The translations under genes were made by a program, and so were the position numbers. Under the pieces are notes generated by a model that searched no databases, was not told where the DNA came from, and was given only the letters and a program-made list of their open reading frames with translations. Shown here in pieces: positions 1 to 9,637 of a stretch of 64,000 bases of DNA (within the stretch, counting starts at the first letter, position 1; each line of letters begins with the position of its first letter). The DNA is from Burkholderiales bacterium (lineage in GTDB: Bacteria; Pseudomonadota; Gammaproteobacteria; Burkholderiales; Thiobacillaceae): positions 1,843-65,842 of the forward strand of contig JBBQQT010000001.1 of NCBI GenBank assembly GCA_038215555.1, given 5' to 3'.

Positions 1-96
1 GATGAACAGGCCGGTAACCAGGCTGCCGCCTTTGCCACCAACGCGAGGATTAGGGTCGTTGCGGCGAGGGGTACTGTTGGTTCTTCGGGCTGACAC
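1..96 (-). CDS. Partial CDS (N-terminus only, GTG start at 96 immediately after the argS stop). It has a basic segment followed by the start of a hydrophobic helix, and may be a SPOR/FtsN-like membrane protein.
   Basis: The reverse-strand reading VSARRTNSTPRRNDPNPRVGGKGGSLVTGLFI stays open to the window edge. No domain is visible. Confidence 0.3.
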   Translation of the reverse strand, partial: MSARRTNSTPRRNDPNPRVGGKGGSLVTGLFI

Positions 97-1908
97 TTAA
101 ACCCGAGACTCGTTATTCGAAGAGGAGGCCGCTGCCTGCGAATTTTCCGGGCTTGGTTGGGCTTCTTCGCGGGTCATTTTTTCGGGTGCGGAAACACCGA
201 GCAAGGCGAGGCCGGTGCGCAACACAAGGCGGGTGGCGGCAATCAGCGACAGGCGGGCGAGCTTGAGCGCTTCATCGTCAACCAGGAATTGGCAGGTGGC
301 ATAGACGCCGTGCAGTTCTGCTGCCAGGTCCTTCAGGTAGTAGGCGATGCTGTGGGGTGCCAGGTCGCGCGTGGCTGCGTCGACGGTGTCCGGGAACTCG
401 GCGATGCGGCGCAGCAAGGCGAGTTCTTGCGGCTGATCCAGGCGCGCAATATCGACGTCGATGAGATCTTTTTCACTACCGCCCCAAGCGCTCAACACAC
501 TGCAAATACGGGCGTGGGCGTACTGGATGTAGTACACCGGGTTGTCGTTGCTTTGTGACTTGGCCAGGTCGAGATCGAAATCAAGATGCTGATCGGACTT
601 GCGCAGCACGTAGAAGAAGCGGGCGGCATCGTTGCCGACTTCGGCGCGCAGGTCGCGCAGCGTGACGTACTGGCCGGAACGGGTGGACATCGAGGCCTTG
701 ACGCCATTGCGATACAGCACGGCGAACTGCACCAATGCAACGGTCAGACGATCGGCATCGGCGCCAGCGGCGGTCAATGCGCCTTTGACGCGGGAAATAT
801 AGCCGTGGTGATCCGCGCCCCAGACGTCGATGACCCGGTCGAAGCCGCGCTCGAACTTGTTCAGGTGATACGCAATGTCGGCGGCGAAGTAGGTGTAGAT
901 GCCGTTCTCGCGCAGCACGACGCGGTCCTTTTCATCGCCAAATGCGGTCGAGCGAAACCACAGTGCGCCGTTCTGTTCGTAGATGTGGTCATGCTGTTGA
1001 AGTTGCTTCACGGCTTTGTCGATCAGGCCGGATTCGTGCAGTGTGCGTTCGGAAAACCAGGTATCGAAGACGACGCCGAATTCGGTCAGATCATTGCGCC
1101 CGTCGCCGAGTTGTTCTTCCAGCGCATGCCCATGCACATAGGCGTAATCGGCGCCAAGCAGACGTTTGGCGTTGGCGATCAGACCATCGAGATGGCCTTC
1201 CGGATCGCTGGCGGCGTCCGGCACTTCAGCGATGACTTCGGCCGCCGGGCGGATGTAGCGGTCGCCGTGCAGCGCAAAGATGCTGTCCGCCATGGCGCTG
1301 ACATAGTCGCCCTGGTAGGCGTTGGCCGGGAACGGCACGAACTGATTGCCGAGCGAGAGGTAGCGGAGCCAGGTGGAGAGCGCCAGGATGTCCATCTGAC
1401 GGCCGGCATCATTGACGTAATACTCGCGATACACCTGATAGCCCGCATGCGCCAGCACATTGGCCAGGCTGGCGCCGAATGCCGCGCCACGTCCGTGGCC
1501 GACATGCAGTGGGCCGGTTGGGTTGGCGGAAACGAATTCGATCTGGACCTTCTTGCCTTGGCCGAGTCCGCTGCGGCCATATTTGTCACCTGCCTGCAGG
1601 GTCTGCAGCGCGATGTTCTGCCAGGCCGCCGGCTTGAGAAAGACGTTGATGAAGCCAGGACCGGCGATTTCGGTTTTCTCGATCAGATCAGATGACGGAA
1701 AGGAGGCGAGGATCAACTGCGCGACTTCGCGCGGATTGCGTTTTAACGCCTTCGCCAGTTGCATCGCAATGTTGCAGGCGAAGTCGCCATGACTGGCCTG
1801 CTTCGGCCGTTCCAGTTCGATGCTCATGTGCTCGGCCAGCGCGAACTGGCTGGCGGCATGCTGGAACAGCGCGGTGAGATGGGTTTTGGGGGATTCAGAA
1901 CGGACCAT
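97..1908 (-). CDS. argS: Arginine--tRNA ligase
   Basis: 603-aa ORF with class I ligase motifs (FVSANPTGPLHVGHGR, MSTRSG) and the typical ...LGVSAPEKM end, followed by an extra ~25-aa tail. Confidence 0.97.
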   Translation of the reverse strand: MVRSESPKTHLTALFQHAASQFALAEHMSIELERPKQASHGDFACNIAMQLAKALKRNPREVAQLILASFPSSDLIEKTEIAGPGFINVFLKPAAWQNIALQTLQAGDKYGRSGLGQGKKVQIEFVSANPTGPLHVGHGRGAAFGASLANVLAHAGYQVYREYYVNDAGRQMDILALSTWLRYLSLGNQFVPFPANAYQGDYVSAMADSIFALHGDRYIRPAAEVIAEVPDAASDPEGHLDGLIANAKRLLGADYAYVHGHALEEQLGDGRNDLTEFGVVFDTWFSERTLHESGLIDKAVKQLQQHDHIYEQNGALWFRSTAFGDEKDRVVLRENGIYTYFAADIAYHLNKFERGFDRVIDVWGADHHGYISRVKGALTAAGADADRLTVALVQFAVLYRNGVKASMSTRSGQYVTLRDLRAEVGNDAARFFYVLRKSDQHLDFDLDLAKSQSNDNPVYYIQYAHARICSVLSAWGGSEKDLIDVDIARLDQPQELALLRRIAEFPDTVDAATRDLAPHSIAYYLKDLAAELHGVYATCQFLVDDEALKLARLSLIAATRLVLRTGLALLGVSAPEKMTREEAQPSPENSQAAASSSNNESRV

Positions 1909-2049
1909 TGCGAAAACCTTTGGCGATACACCTTTAATTGACGCGGATTATAGCGGCAGGCCGGGTTTTTCCGGTGAGCCCCAGGGCAGTGGCGAGTTCG
2001 TCCAGTACTTGCGTCGAATGACGATGTCGATGCCGGTGTTCAAAGACGA

Positions 2050-3879
2050 CTATGGTTGTCCTGTTTCCTGTCCCTTGTCATTTCGCGCCAACCAGTTTCG
2101 CCAACTGCGATAGGCCGTGATGTCTTCCGCGCCGGCCACGCCAATGCCTTCGCAAATGAAACCGTTCACCAGCGTGCCGTCAGCCAGTTCAAGTTTGCCG
2201 ATGCCCAATGGCGCTGGAATGTCGGCAACAAAAGTACCGAAATGGGCGGCGGGCATTTCCCAGACTTCACAGGCGACGGAAGCGCCATTTTCCTCGACTT
2301 TGATCAGGCCCGGACGCTTGCCGTCGGGTAGCGCGAAGAGGCGGTATTTCGGCGCAGTCTGGGTGGCTTCGACCAGGCGGGCGTGGCGTTGCGTGAGTTG
2401 GAAATTCAGCGGCAGGCCGGACAAATGCGCGCCGACCACGGCGACCTGGATCTGGCCACTGGGCAGGTTATTCAGCATTTCAGGTAAAGGCGGAACATGC
2501 TGTGTTGCCCCCAGTTTGCCGCCCAATGTTTGATGCATGCGCGCGGCCAGATGCAGCAGCGGCGCATCCTGATGCGGCGGGGCTATCAGCGTGACGCCGA
2601 ACGGTAACCCATCGGCCTGGAAGCCGGCAGGAACGGCGGTAGCTGCCAGGTCGAGCAGGTTCATGAAGTTGGTGTAATAGCCCAGATTGGCGTTGAGCCG
2701 GATGGGATCGGCCTGCATGGCCTGGATGGAATAGATCGTTCCGGCGGTGGGGGTCAGCAGCACGTCGATGTCGTTCCAGACTGTGTCGCATTGCGCTTTC
2801 AACGCGCGCAGCCGATACAGGCCGGCAAAGGCGTCGGCGGCGGTCTGCGGCTTGCCGCCGGCGATGATCTCGCGCACCGGCGGGAAAACCTGTTCGGCCT
2901 GGGTGTCGAAGAAGTCGCGGATGGCCAGGTAGCGTTCCGCCACCCAGGCGCCGCCGTAGAGCAGGCGAGCGGTTTCCAGAAACGGCGTCAGGTCGATTTC
3001 CACCGGCACGCCGCCGAGGGTTTTCATTCGCTCCTCGCTTGCGCTGAACAGTCGCGCGGCTTCGCTATTGCCGAAGAATTCCAGGTCTTTCGCCATTGGC
3101 AGGCCGAAGCGAAAACCGGCGGCGCGGCCAAAATCGAAGCCGTGCGCGGCGAGCGGACGCGAGAACGGATCGAGTGGATCATGCCCGGCAGCCACCGCCA
3201 GCACGTGTTCGGCGTCGTCGGCGGTCAGCGCGAAGATCGACACCGCATCGAGTGAACGGCAGGCCGGCACGACGCCGCGCGTCGAAAGCGCGCCGCAACT
3301 GGGTTTGTGGCCGATCAGATTGTTGAACGCCGCCGGCACGCGGCCGGAACCGGCGGTATCGGTACCCAGTGAGAAACTGGCCAGCCCGAGCGCCACCGCG
3401 ACGGCGGAACCGGAACTGGAGCCACCGGAAATGAAATCCGCATCGAACGCATTGCGGCAGGCGCCATACGGCGAACGCGTGCCGTTCAAGCCGGTGGCGA
3501 ACTGATCCAGATTGGTCTTGCCGAGCGGAATCGCGCCGGCGTCGATCAGATGTTGCACCACGGTCGCGGATTCGTCGGGTGTGTAGGCATAGGCCGGGCA
3601 ACCGGCGGTGGTCGGGATTCCGGCCAGATCGATGTTGTCCTTGATCGCAAACGGAATGCCGTACAGCGGCAGTCTGGCGATGTCCTTGCCTGCCAGCGCA
3701 CGGGCATGGGCGCGCAAGGTGTCGGCGTCGAGGCGGCTGATCCAGACGTGGTGGCGATCTTCGCCCTGCATCTGTTGCAGCAGGGTTTCCACCAATTGCA
3801 TCGGTGTGAGTTCGCCGGTGCGGTACAGGCGTTGCAGGTTGGCAATGTCGAGGCTGATGTTCATGGCATTTCCCTTCAT
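2050..3879 (-). CDS. Allophanate hydrolase (amidase-signature family)
   Basis: Amidase signature [12 protein letters not shown]...[12 protein letters not shown] plus a C-terminal AHS extension. The ATG at 3879 overlaps the carboxylase TGA (ATGA coupling). The longer table ORF (to 4506) overlaps the upstream gene. Confidence 0.9.
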   Translation of the reverse strand: MKGNAMNISLDIANLQRLYRTGELTPMQLVETLLQQMQGEDRHHVWISRLDADTLRAHARALAGKDIARLPLYGIPFAIKDNIDLAGIPTTAGCPAYAYTPDESATVVQHLIDAGAIPLGKTNLDQFATGLNGTRSPYGACRNAFDADFISGGSSSGSAVAVALGLASFSLGTDTAGSGRVPAAFNNLIGHKPSCGALSTRGVVPACRSLDAVSIFALTADDAEHVLAVAAGHDPLDPFSRPLAAHGFDFGRAAGFRFGLPMAKDLEFFGNSEAARLFSASEERMKTLGGVPVEIDLTPFLETARLLYGGAWVAERYLAIRDFFDTQAEQVFPPVREIIAGGKPQTAADAFAGLYRLRALKAQCDTVWNDIDVLLTPTAGTIYSIQAMQADPIRLNANLGYYTNFMNLLDLAATAVPAGFQADGLPFGVTLIAPPHQDAPLLHLAARMHQTLGGKLGATQHVPPLPEMLNNLPSGQIQVAVVGAHLSGLPLNFQLTQRHARLVEATQTAPKYRLFALPDGKRPGLIKVEENGASVACEVWEMPAAHFGTFVADIPAPLGIGKLELADGTLVNGFICEGIGVAGAEDITAYRSWRNWLARNDKGQETGQP

Positions 3880-6800
3880 TCGCTCACCAGCACCAGCAAA
3901 TCCTGGCCGGCGCTGACCTGGCCGCCTTCGCGGCAGAACACTTTGTAAACCGTGCCGTCGCAGGGCGCCGTCACGCTGAATTCCATTTTCATCGACTCGA
4001 TGATGACCAGCGCATCGCCGGCCTTCACCTTGTCGCCGTCTGCCGCCATGACTTTCCAGACATTGCCGGCGACGTGGCTGGCGATGGCGCGGCCGTGTTC
4101 GGGCAGGTCGAGTTCGCTGTCGGTGGCGGCTTCGGCGACATGGGCGTCGGTGGCGTATTCGGCCTGGCCGGCGGCTTTCCAGCGTTCGCGCTCGGCCTCG
4201 AACGCGGCTTGCTGTTTCGTCTTGAAAGCAGTGATGGACGCGGCGTTGTCGCTCAGGAAGCGGTTGTAATCGGCCAGGCTGAAGGTGGTTTCCTCGATGC
4301 GCAACGGATAGCGGCCAAGCGGGAAATCCTCGCGTATTTGCAGTAATTCCTCGGCGCTGACCGGGTAAAAACGAATCTGGTCGAAGAAGCGCAGCAGCCA
4401 GGGTTTGCCGTCGGCGAACTGTTGTGTCTGTCGCCAGCGGTTCCACATCTGCAAGGTGCGGCCGACGAACTGGTAACCGCCCGGGCCTTCCATGCCGTAG
4501 ACGCACAGGTAAGCGCCGCCGATGCCGACCGCGTTTTCCGGCGTCCAGGTGCGCGCCGGGTTGTATTTGGTGGTGACCAGACGATGGCGCGGATCGACCG
4601 GCGTCGCTACCGGCGCACCGAGATAGACGTCGCCCAGGCCCATGACCAAGTAGCGGGCCTCGAACACGATGCGCTTCACTTCCTCAATGGATTCCAGATC
4701 GTTGATGCGGCGGATGAATTCGATGTTGGACGGACACCAGGGTGCGTCCTTGCGCACCGATTGCATGTACTTCTCGATCGCCAGTCGGGTCGCGGCGTCG
4801 TCCCAGGACAGCGGAAGATGCACGATGCGGGTCGGTACTTGCATGTCCTCGATGGCGGGGAGTTGCTTCTCCGCTTTCAGCAGCAACGGCAGTAGCTGGT
4901 CTAACGGCAGCAGGCGCGAGTCGTAATGCACCTGCAGCGAGCGGATGCCGGGCGTCAGGTCGAGGATGCCGGCGATGGCGTCAGCTTCCAGCCGGGTCAT
5001 CAGCGCATGCACACGGAAGCGCAGGTTCAGGTCCAACACCAGCGGGCCGTATTCGATCAACAGGTACTTGTCGCCGGCGCGGCGGTAGACGACTTCAACC
5101 GGGTTTTCGGTGAGCGGCGTGCGGTGCAGGATGGGCGTGGCGGTGGGCTCGTCGCTTGTCTTGTGATGCCGGGCTTCGACGCGAAATCCAGTCGTCAAAC
5201 TGGATTCCGGCATGCGCCGGAATGACAAATCTGCGATTACCGCGTCCTGCGCCGCTTCCAGCCGTTCCGCCTCCGCTTGCGACAGACGCACGAAGCGCAC
5301 CGTATCGCCTGGCCGCAACTGGCCCATCTTCCACAACGCCGCCTGCACGATGGTCGCCGGGCAGACGAAGCCGCCCAGGCTGGGGCCGTCCGGACCCAGG
5401 ATGACCGGCATATCGCCGGTGAAATCGATTGCACCGATGGCATAGGCGTTGTCGTGGATGTTGGACGGATGCAGGCCCGCCTCGCCGCCGTCGCGCCGCG
5501 CCCATTCCGGCTTCGGACCGATCAGGCGCACGCCGGTGCGGCTGGAGTTATAGTGCACTTCCCAGTCGGTGGCGAAGAACTGCTCGATGTCTGACTCGGT
5601 GAAAAAATCCGGTGCGCCGTGTGGACCGTAGAGGACACCGATCTGCCAAGTGTGGGTGTAGGCGGGAAGAACTTCGTCATACCGGCGAAGGCCGGTATCC
5701 AGTTCGCTGACCTGAGCGCCAGGCTGGACCCCGGCCTGATGGTCACCCCGGAATGGGGGTATCAGGGGCGGGGTGGCGGCGAGGAGATGCAGCACATCCC
5801 CCACCCGCAGCGTTCTTCCCGCATGACCGCCAAACTGCCCCAGCGTGAAGGTGGACTTGCTGCCCAGGTAGTTCGGTACGTCGAATCCGCCCTGCACCGC
5901 AAGATAAGCGCGACAACCGGTGTCCTTGATGGCACCAAGTTTCAGGATCGAACCGGCCGCGACGACATGCGCAGCCCAGTTGGCGAGCGGCTCGCCATCC
6001 AGTTCCGCGCCCATGTCGGCGCCGGCCAGCGCGATGACGGCGTCGGTGTTGAAGCGCAGGGTCGGCCCGGCGACGGTGAATTCCAGACCGGCCGTGCCTT
6101 CCGTGTTGCCCGCCAGCCGGTTGGCCAGGCGGAAAGCGAGCGGGTCCATCGGTCCGGACGGCGGCACGCCGACGTTCCAGTAGCCGGTGCGGCCCGGCCA
6201 GTCCTGAATGCTGCTCTGCACACCGGGTTCGATCACGTCGAGGGTTGCCGGGCGGTAGCGGAACGCGTTCAGGTAGCGCGTGGTCTGGCGGCCTTCGGCA
6301 AACACGGTGTCGGCCAGAATCTGGCGCAGGTATTCCAGGTTGCATTCGATGCCGGCAATGCGGGTGTCGGCAAGCGCCTGTTGCATCTTGCCCAGCGCGG
6401 CGGCGCGGTCATCCGCTTTGACGATGATCTTGGCCAACATCGGGTCGTAGAACGGCGGCACTTCGCTGCCGCGTTCGACCCAGGTTTCGATGCGCGCATT
6501 CGTTGGCAACCCCTCGGGAAACTCCACTTGGGTCAGTACGCCGGCAGCGGGCTGGAAATCCTTGCCGGGGTCTTCCGCATACAGCCGCACTTGGATCGAA
6601 GCGCCCTGCGGGCGGACGACAAATCCGCTCAAATCCAGCTCACCGGCCGCTTCCAGCACCATCCATTCAACCAGATCGACGCCGCTGACTTCTTCGGTGA
6701 CGCCGTGTTCCACCTGCAAACGGGTGTTCACTTCCAGAAAATAGAACTGGCCGCTCTGTGTGTCGTAGACGAATTCCACCGTGCCGGCGGAACGGTAGCC

Positions 6801-7595
6801 GACCGCCTGGCCCAGTCGCACGGCGGTATCGAACAGGTTCTGCCGTTGCGCATCGGTCAGACCCGGCGCCGGGGTTTCCTCGATGACCTTCTGGTTGCGC
6901 CGCTGCACTGAGCAATCGCGCTCGCCCAGTGCCACGACATGACCCTGGCCGTCGCCGAAGATTTGCACCTCGATATGGCGCGCGTGTTCGACATATTTCT
7001 CCAGAAAAATGCCGGCTTCCTTGAAGTTGGCGCGTGCCAGCCGATCCACCGATTGGAAGGCTTCGACCAGTTCGTCCGCGCTCCAGATCAATCGCATGCC
7101 GATGCCGCCACCGCCGGCGGTGCTCTTCAGCATCACCGGATAGCCGATGCGCGCGGCTTCTGCCTGGGCGTGGCCGGCGTCATTCAGCAAACCGGAACCG
7201 GGCAGCAGCGGTACATGGTGGGCTTCGGCCAGATCACGCGCGGTGTGCTTGAGGCCGAAGGCGCGCATCTGGTCAGGGCTGGGGCCGATGAAGGCGATGC
7301 CGGCGGCGGCGCAGTCTTCCGCGAAGCCGGGGTTTTCCGACAGGAAGCCGTAGCCGGGATGGATCGCCTGCGCGCCGCTGGCTTTCGCGGCGGCGAGTAT
7401 TTTTTCCGCGCGCAGATAGCTTTGCGCCGCCGGTCCGGGACCGATTTCGATGGCCGCGTCAGCCAGACGCACATGCAGCGAATGCCGGTCGGCCTCGGAA
7501 TACACCGCCACGGATTGCACGCCCATGTGGCGCAGGCTGCGGATGATGCGGCAGGCGATGGCGCCCCGGTTGGCGATCAGTACGGTGTTGAACAT
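3876..7595 (-). CDS. Urea carboxylase / guanidine carboxylase (biotin carboxylase + KipI/KipA-like domains + biotinyl carrier)
   Basis: N-terminus [20 protein letters not shown] matches the biotin carboxylase type, the C-terminus has the AMKME-type biotinylation motif (IIESMKMEF), and the length is ~1239 aa. The start at 7595 is preceded by GAGGA. Confidence 0.9.
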   Translation of the reverse strand: MFNTVLIANRGAIACRIIRSLRHMGVQSVAVYSEADRHSLHVRLADAAIEIGPGPAAQSYLRAEKILAAAKASGAQAIHPGYGFLSENPGFAEDCAAAGIAFIGPSPDQMRAFGLKHTARDLAEAHHVPLLPGSGLLNDAGHAQAEAARIGYPVMLKSTAGGGGIGMRLIWSADELVEAFQSVDRLARANFKEAGIFLEKYVEHARHIEVQIFGDGQGHVVALGERDCSVQRRNQKVIEETPAPGLTDAQRQNLFDTAVRLGQAVGYRSAGTVEFVYDTQSGQFYFLEVNTRLQVEHGVTEEVSGVDLVEWMVLEAAGELDLSGFVVRPQGASIQVRLYAEDPGKDFQPAAGVLTQVEFPEGLPTNARIETWVERGSEVPPFYDPMLAKIIVKADDRAAALGKMQQALADTRIAGIECNLEYLRQILADTVFAEGRQTTRYLNAFRYRPATLDVIEPGVQSSIQDWPGRTGYWNVGVPPSGPMDPLAFRLANRLAGNTEGTAGLEFTVAGPTLRFNTDAVIALAGADMGAELDGEPLANWAAHVVAAGSILKLGAIKDTGCRAYLAVQGGFDVPNYLGSKSTFTLGQFGGHAGRTLRVGDVLHLLAATPPLIPPFRGDHQAGVQPGAQVSELDTGLRRYDEVLPAYTHTWQIGVLYGPHGAPDFFTESDIEQFFATDWEVHYNSSRTGVRLIGPKPEWARRDGGEAGLHPSNIHDNAYAIGAIDFTGDMPVILGPDGPSLGGFVCPATIVQAALWKMGQLRPGDTVRFVRLSQAEAERLEAAQDAVIADLSFRRMPESSLTTGFRVEARHHKTSDEPTATPILHRTPLTENPVEVVYRRAGDKYLLIEYGPLVLDLNLRFRVHALMTRLEADAIAGILDLTPGIRSLQVHYDSRLLPLDQLLPLLLKAEKQLPAIEDMQVPTRIVHLPLSWDDAATRLAIEKYMQSVRKDAPWCPSNIEFIRRINDLESIEEVKRIVFEARYLVMGLGDVYLGAPVATPVDPRHRLVTTKYNPARTWTPENAVGIGGAYLCVYGMEGPGGYQFVGRTLQMWNRWRQTQQFADGKPWLLRFFDQIRFYPVSAEELLQIREDFPLGRYPLRIEETTFSLADYNRFLSDNAASITAFKTKQQAAFEAERERWKAAGQAEYATDAHVAEAATDSELDLPEHGRAIASHVAGNVWKVMAADGDKVKAGDALVIIESMKMEFSVTAPCDGTVYKVFCREGGQVSAGQDLLVLVSE
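5185..5226. repeat. Palindromic REP/MITE-like element (AATCCAGT-N6-ACTGGATT then CCGGC-ATGC-GCCGG-AATGAC) inserted in-frame in the carboxylase gene
   Basis: Two nested inverted repeats. The element encodes [15 protein letters not shown] in the gene frame and ...[10 protein letters not shown]... in the opposite frame, which is the typical translation signature of this repeat class. Confidence 0.7.
5676..5704. repeat. Second copy of the same palindromic element (GTCATACCGGCGAAGGCCGGTATCCAGTT), in opposite orientation and also in-frame
   Basis: Inverted repeat ATACCGGC-GAA-GCCGGTAT. It encodes [13 protein letters not shown] in the gene frame and VIPAKAGIQ / [10 protein letters not shown] in other frames. 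Confidence 0.7.
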
Positions 7596-7612
7596 GTGTC
7601 CTCGCATTTCGC

Positions 7613-7634
7613 AAAAAACGCGGGTCGTCCCGCT
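7613..7634 (-). terminator. Intra-operon terminator-like hairpin (GCGGG-ACGA-CCCGC followed by T6) between the second DUF1989 gene and the carboxylase gene
   Basis: The minus strand reads AGCGGGACGACCCGCGTTTTTT. A second GC-rich hairpin (GCGGCGGG...CCCGCCGC) lies at ~7645-7670. Confidence 0.35.
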
Positions 7635-7673
7635 TTCTCATTGCCGCGCGGCGGGCCGTCCCGCCGCCGCGTT

Positions 7674-8339
7674 TCACTGGCTCGGCGCGTCCCAGAGCAG
7701 AAACCGTGCCGGCGTCGGGTTGTAGGCGTTGCAGGGGTTATTGAGCTGCGGGCAGTTGGAAACCAGCATCCAGAGATTCATCTCGGCGCGCAGTTCGACG
7801 TACTTGCCGGGCGCGGAGACGCCGTCGGCGAAGGTCAGTTGGCCCGACTCGGTCACCGGCACGTTCATGAAGAAGTTGATGTTGGGCACCAGATCGCGCT
7901 TGCCCAGGCCGATGTCGGCGTGTTGCAACGCGGTCAGGTAGTTGTCGCGGCAACTGTGCATGAATTTCTTCTGCAGAGCGTAGCGCACCGTGTTGCTCTC
8001 GGCCGCGCAGGCGCCGCCCAGCGTGTCGTGGCGGCCGCAGGTGTCGGCGACGATGCGCAGCATCGGGTTGCCATCGTCGCTGTAAAGCACGGAACCGGTG
8101 GTCAGATAAATGCCGCCCTGGCGCAGCAGGGTTTCGCTGGCGCTGTAGTGCTCGGCCGGGTCGTCGCGGTTGTAGAAAATCACGTCGACGGCCTGATTGC
8201 CTTCGACGTCGACGATGCGCAGGGTCTGGCCCTGTTCGATGGCCAACAGATAGGGTTCGCCGGCGGGCAAGGTGTGATCGAGCAGGGCAGCGGCAGGGTC
8301 GAGCGGGCTTTCCTGAATGCGGATGGCGGTGGCGGTCAT
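7674..8339 (-). CDS. DUF1989 urea-carboxylase-associated protein (carboxyguanidine deiminase subunit-like)
   Basis: Shows DUF1989-type conservation (DTLGGACAAESN, PNINFFMNV, SNCPQLNNPCN). The ATG at 8339 is preceded by GAGGA; the table start at 8354 is a TTG overlapping the upstream stop. Confidence 0.85.
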   Translation of the reverse strand: MTATAIRIQESPLDPAAALLDHTLPAGEPYLLAIEQGQTLRIVDVEGNQAVDVIFYNRDDPAEHYSASETLLRQGGIYLTTGSVLYSDDGNPMLRIVADTCGRHDTLGGACAAESNTVRYALQKKFMHSCRDNYLTALQHADIGLGKRDLVPNINFFMNVPVTESGQLTFADGVSAPGKYVELRAEMNLWMLVSNCPQLNNPCNAYNPTPARFLLWDAPSQ

Positions 8340-8350
8340 GGTGAGGGTCC

Positions 8351-9157
8351 TCAAGCCAGATAGAGCATGTCGCTGTTATGCAGCGCGCGCGCGTTTTCCG
8401 GGCGGAAACAGCGGCAGAAATCGTCCTTCGGCGCCGGTCCGGAACGCCAGGCGGCGAGGCCGACCTTGCCGGGTGCGTAAACCGGATTCGGATCGAGCGG
8501 GTGGGGCGCGGCGGAAAAGGCGACCAGCACATCCATGTCCAGGCGCAGGTCGACATAGTCGCCGGCCTGGGCATGGTTGGGCACGAAATGAAAACGGCCT
8601 TCGTCATCCACCGTGACCTTGCTGAAGAAATTCACCGGCGCCACCAAGTCGCGCTTGCTCAAACCATATTTGCCGATCTCGATCAGCAGGCCGTCGCGGC
8701 CGGAGCGGTACATGCCGTTGCGGAAGCTTTGATACGGGTGATCGCCGAATTTCTCGTGCAGCAGGCGGTTGTCCAGCAGCAGGCCGAGCGGATCGTGCCA
8801 GCCTAGGCTGTCGGCGGTGAGCGAGGCCAGGGCGCGGCCCATGTCGCTCATCAGCACATGGCCACGGGTGTAATGCGCGGTGTGCTGCGCCTTGAGCGAA
8901 TCGGGCTGGTTGTAGCGCTCCAGTTTTTCGCGCGCCGAATACAACACCAAAGCGAGATTGGCGCCGGCATCCAGCGCAGTCAGGCGCAGGCTGACGCCGC
9001 GCGAAAGCAGGTAAGACCAGTGGCCGCCGCCCGGGATCAACTCGGAGAAAAGGACGTTATCGACATCGAGATCGGGAGCAAATTTGCGCCAATGTTCCGG
9101 CGCATCGAGCGGTTCGGTGGCGGGTGGATTGTTCAAGGCGAGTTCGGCGTGTTCCAT
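8351..9157 (-). CDS. DUF1989 urea-carboxylase-associated protein (second paralogue; carboxyguanidine deiminase subunit-like)
   Basis: Paralogous to the previous gene (VNFFSKVTVDDEGRF, AAPHPLDP). An alternative start lies at 9184. Confidence 0.85.
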   Translation of the reverse strand: MEHAELALNNPPATEPLDAPEHWRKFAPDLDVDNVLFSELIPGGGHWSYLLSRGVSLRLTALDAGANLALVLYSAREKLERYNQPDSLKAQHTAHYTRGHVLMSDMGRALASLTADSLGWHDPLGLLLDNRLLHEKFGDHPYQSFRNGMYRSGRDGLLIEIGKYGLSKRDLVAPVNFFSKVTVDDEGRFHFVPNHAQAGDYVDLRLDMDVLVAFSAAPHPLDPNPVYAPGKVGLAAWRSGPAPKDDFCRCFRPENARALHNSDMLYLA

Positions 9158-9167
9158 GTCTATCCTT

Positions 9168-9629
9168 TCAATCGGCCGGCGCATGCAGGGGCGGAATGGC
9201 CGCCGCCAGCAGTTGCAAACGACCGGTGACGACGCCGCGAAGGGCGATCATTTCGTTGGCGATGGCCTGCAGTTTGGCCGCCGGTCCCTGCACCAACAGG
9301 ACTTCCAGCATCCTGTCCTCGGTCAAATGGACGTGCAGGGAGCTGATGACTTCGGCGATGTGCTGATATTGCAAATCGGCCAGTCGGCCTTGCAGGCCAC
9401 GCGTGGCGCGGTTGTAGAGCAGGGTGATGGTGCCGGCCATGACCGCATCGCCGAGGGTGCTTTTATGCTCGGCCAACTGGTAGTTGACCATTTCACTGAT
9501 CGCTTGCGAGCGGCTGCCGTAGCCCCGGCTCTCGACCATGTGATCGAGTTCGGTGAGCAGATCGGGCGGCAATGAAATGCTGATCCGGCTGACCAGGCTG
9601 GACGTTTTTTCCGTGTTTTCGCTGTTCAT
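9168..9629 (-). CDS. NikR-like ribbon-helix-helix transcriptional regulator (CopG N-terminus + NikR C-terminal ACT-like domain)
   Basis: RISISLPPDLLTELDHMVESRGYGSRSQAISEMV is the RHH part and ...SSLHVHLTEDRMLEV... aligns with the NikR metal-site region. The ATG at 9629 is preceded by GAGGA. Confidence 0.8.
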   Translation of the reverse strand: MNSENTEKTSSLVSRISISLPPDLLTELDHMVESRGYGSRSQAISEMVNYQLAEHKSTLGDAVMAGTITLLYNRATRGLQGRLADLQYQHIAEVISSLHVHLTEDRMLEVLLVQGPAAKLQAIANEMIALRGVVTGRLQLLAAAIPPLHAPAD

Positions 9630-9637
9630 GATGGTCC

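Noticed and set aside
3880-4506. N-terminal 209-aa extension of the allophanate hydrolase ORF (table ORF 2050-4506).
   Set aside because: The extension overlaps the 3' end of the carboxylase gene in another frame and is Arg/Pro-rich nonsense. The ATG at 3879 gives the normal protein length and ATGA coupling.
5185-5704. The two inverted palindromic elements as the ends of a composite mobile element.
   Set aside because: The 449 bp between them encode a conserved, in-frame core domain of the carboxylase. There is no transposase and there are no target-site duplications. Two independent linker insertions fit better.
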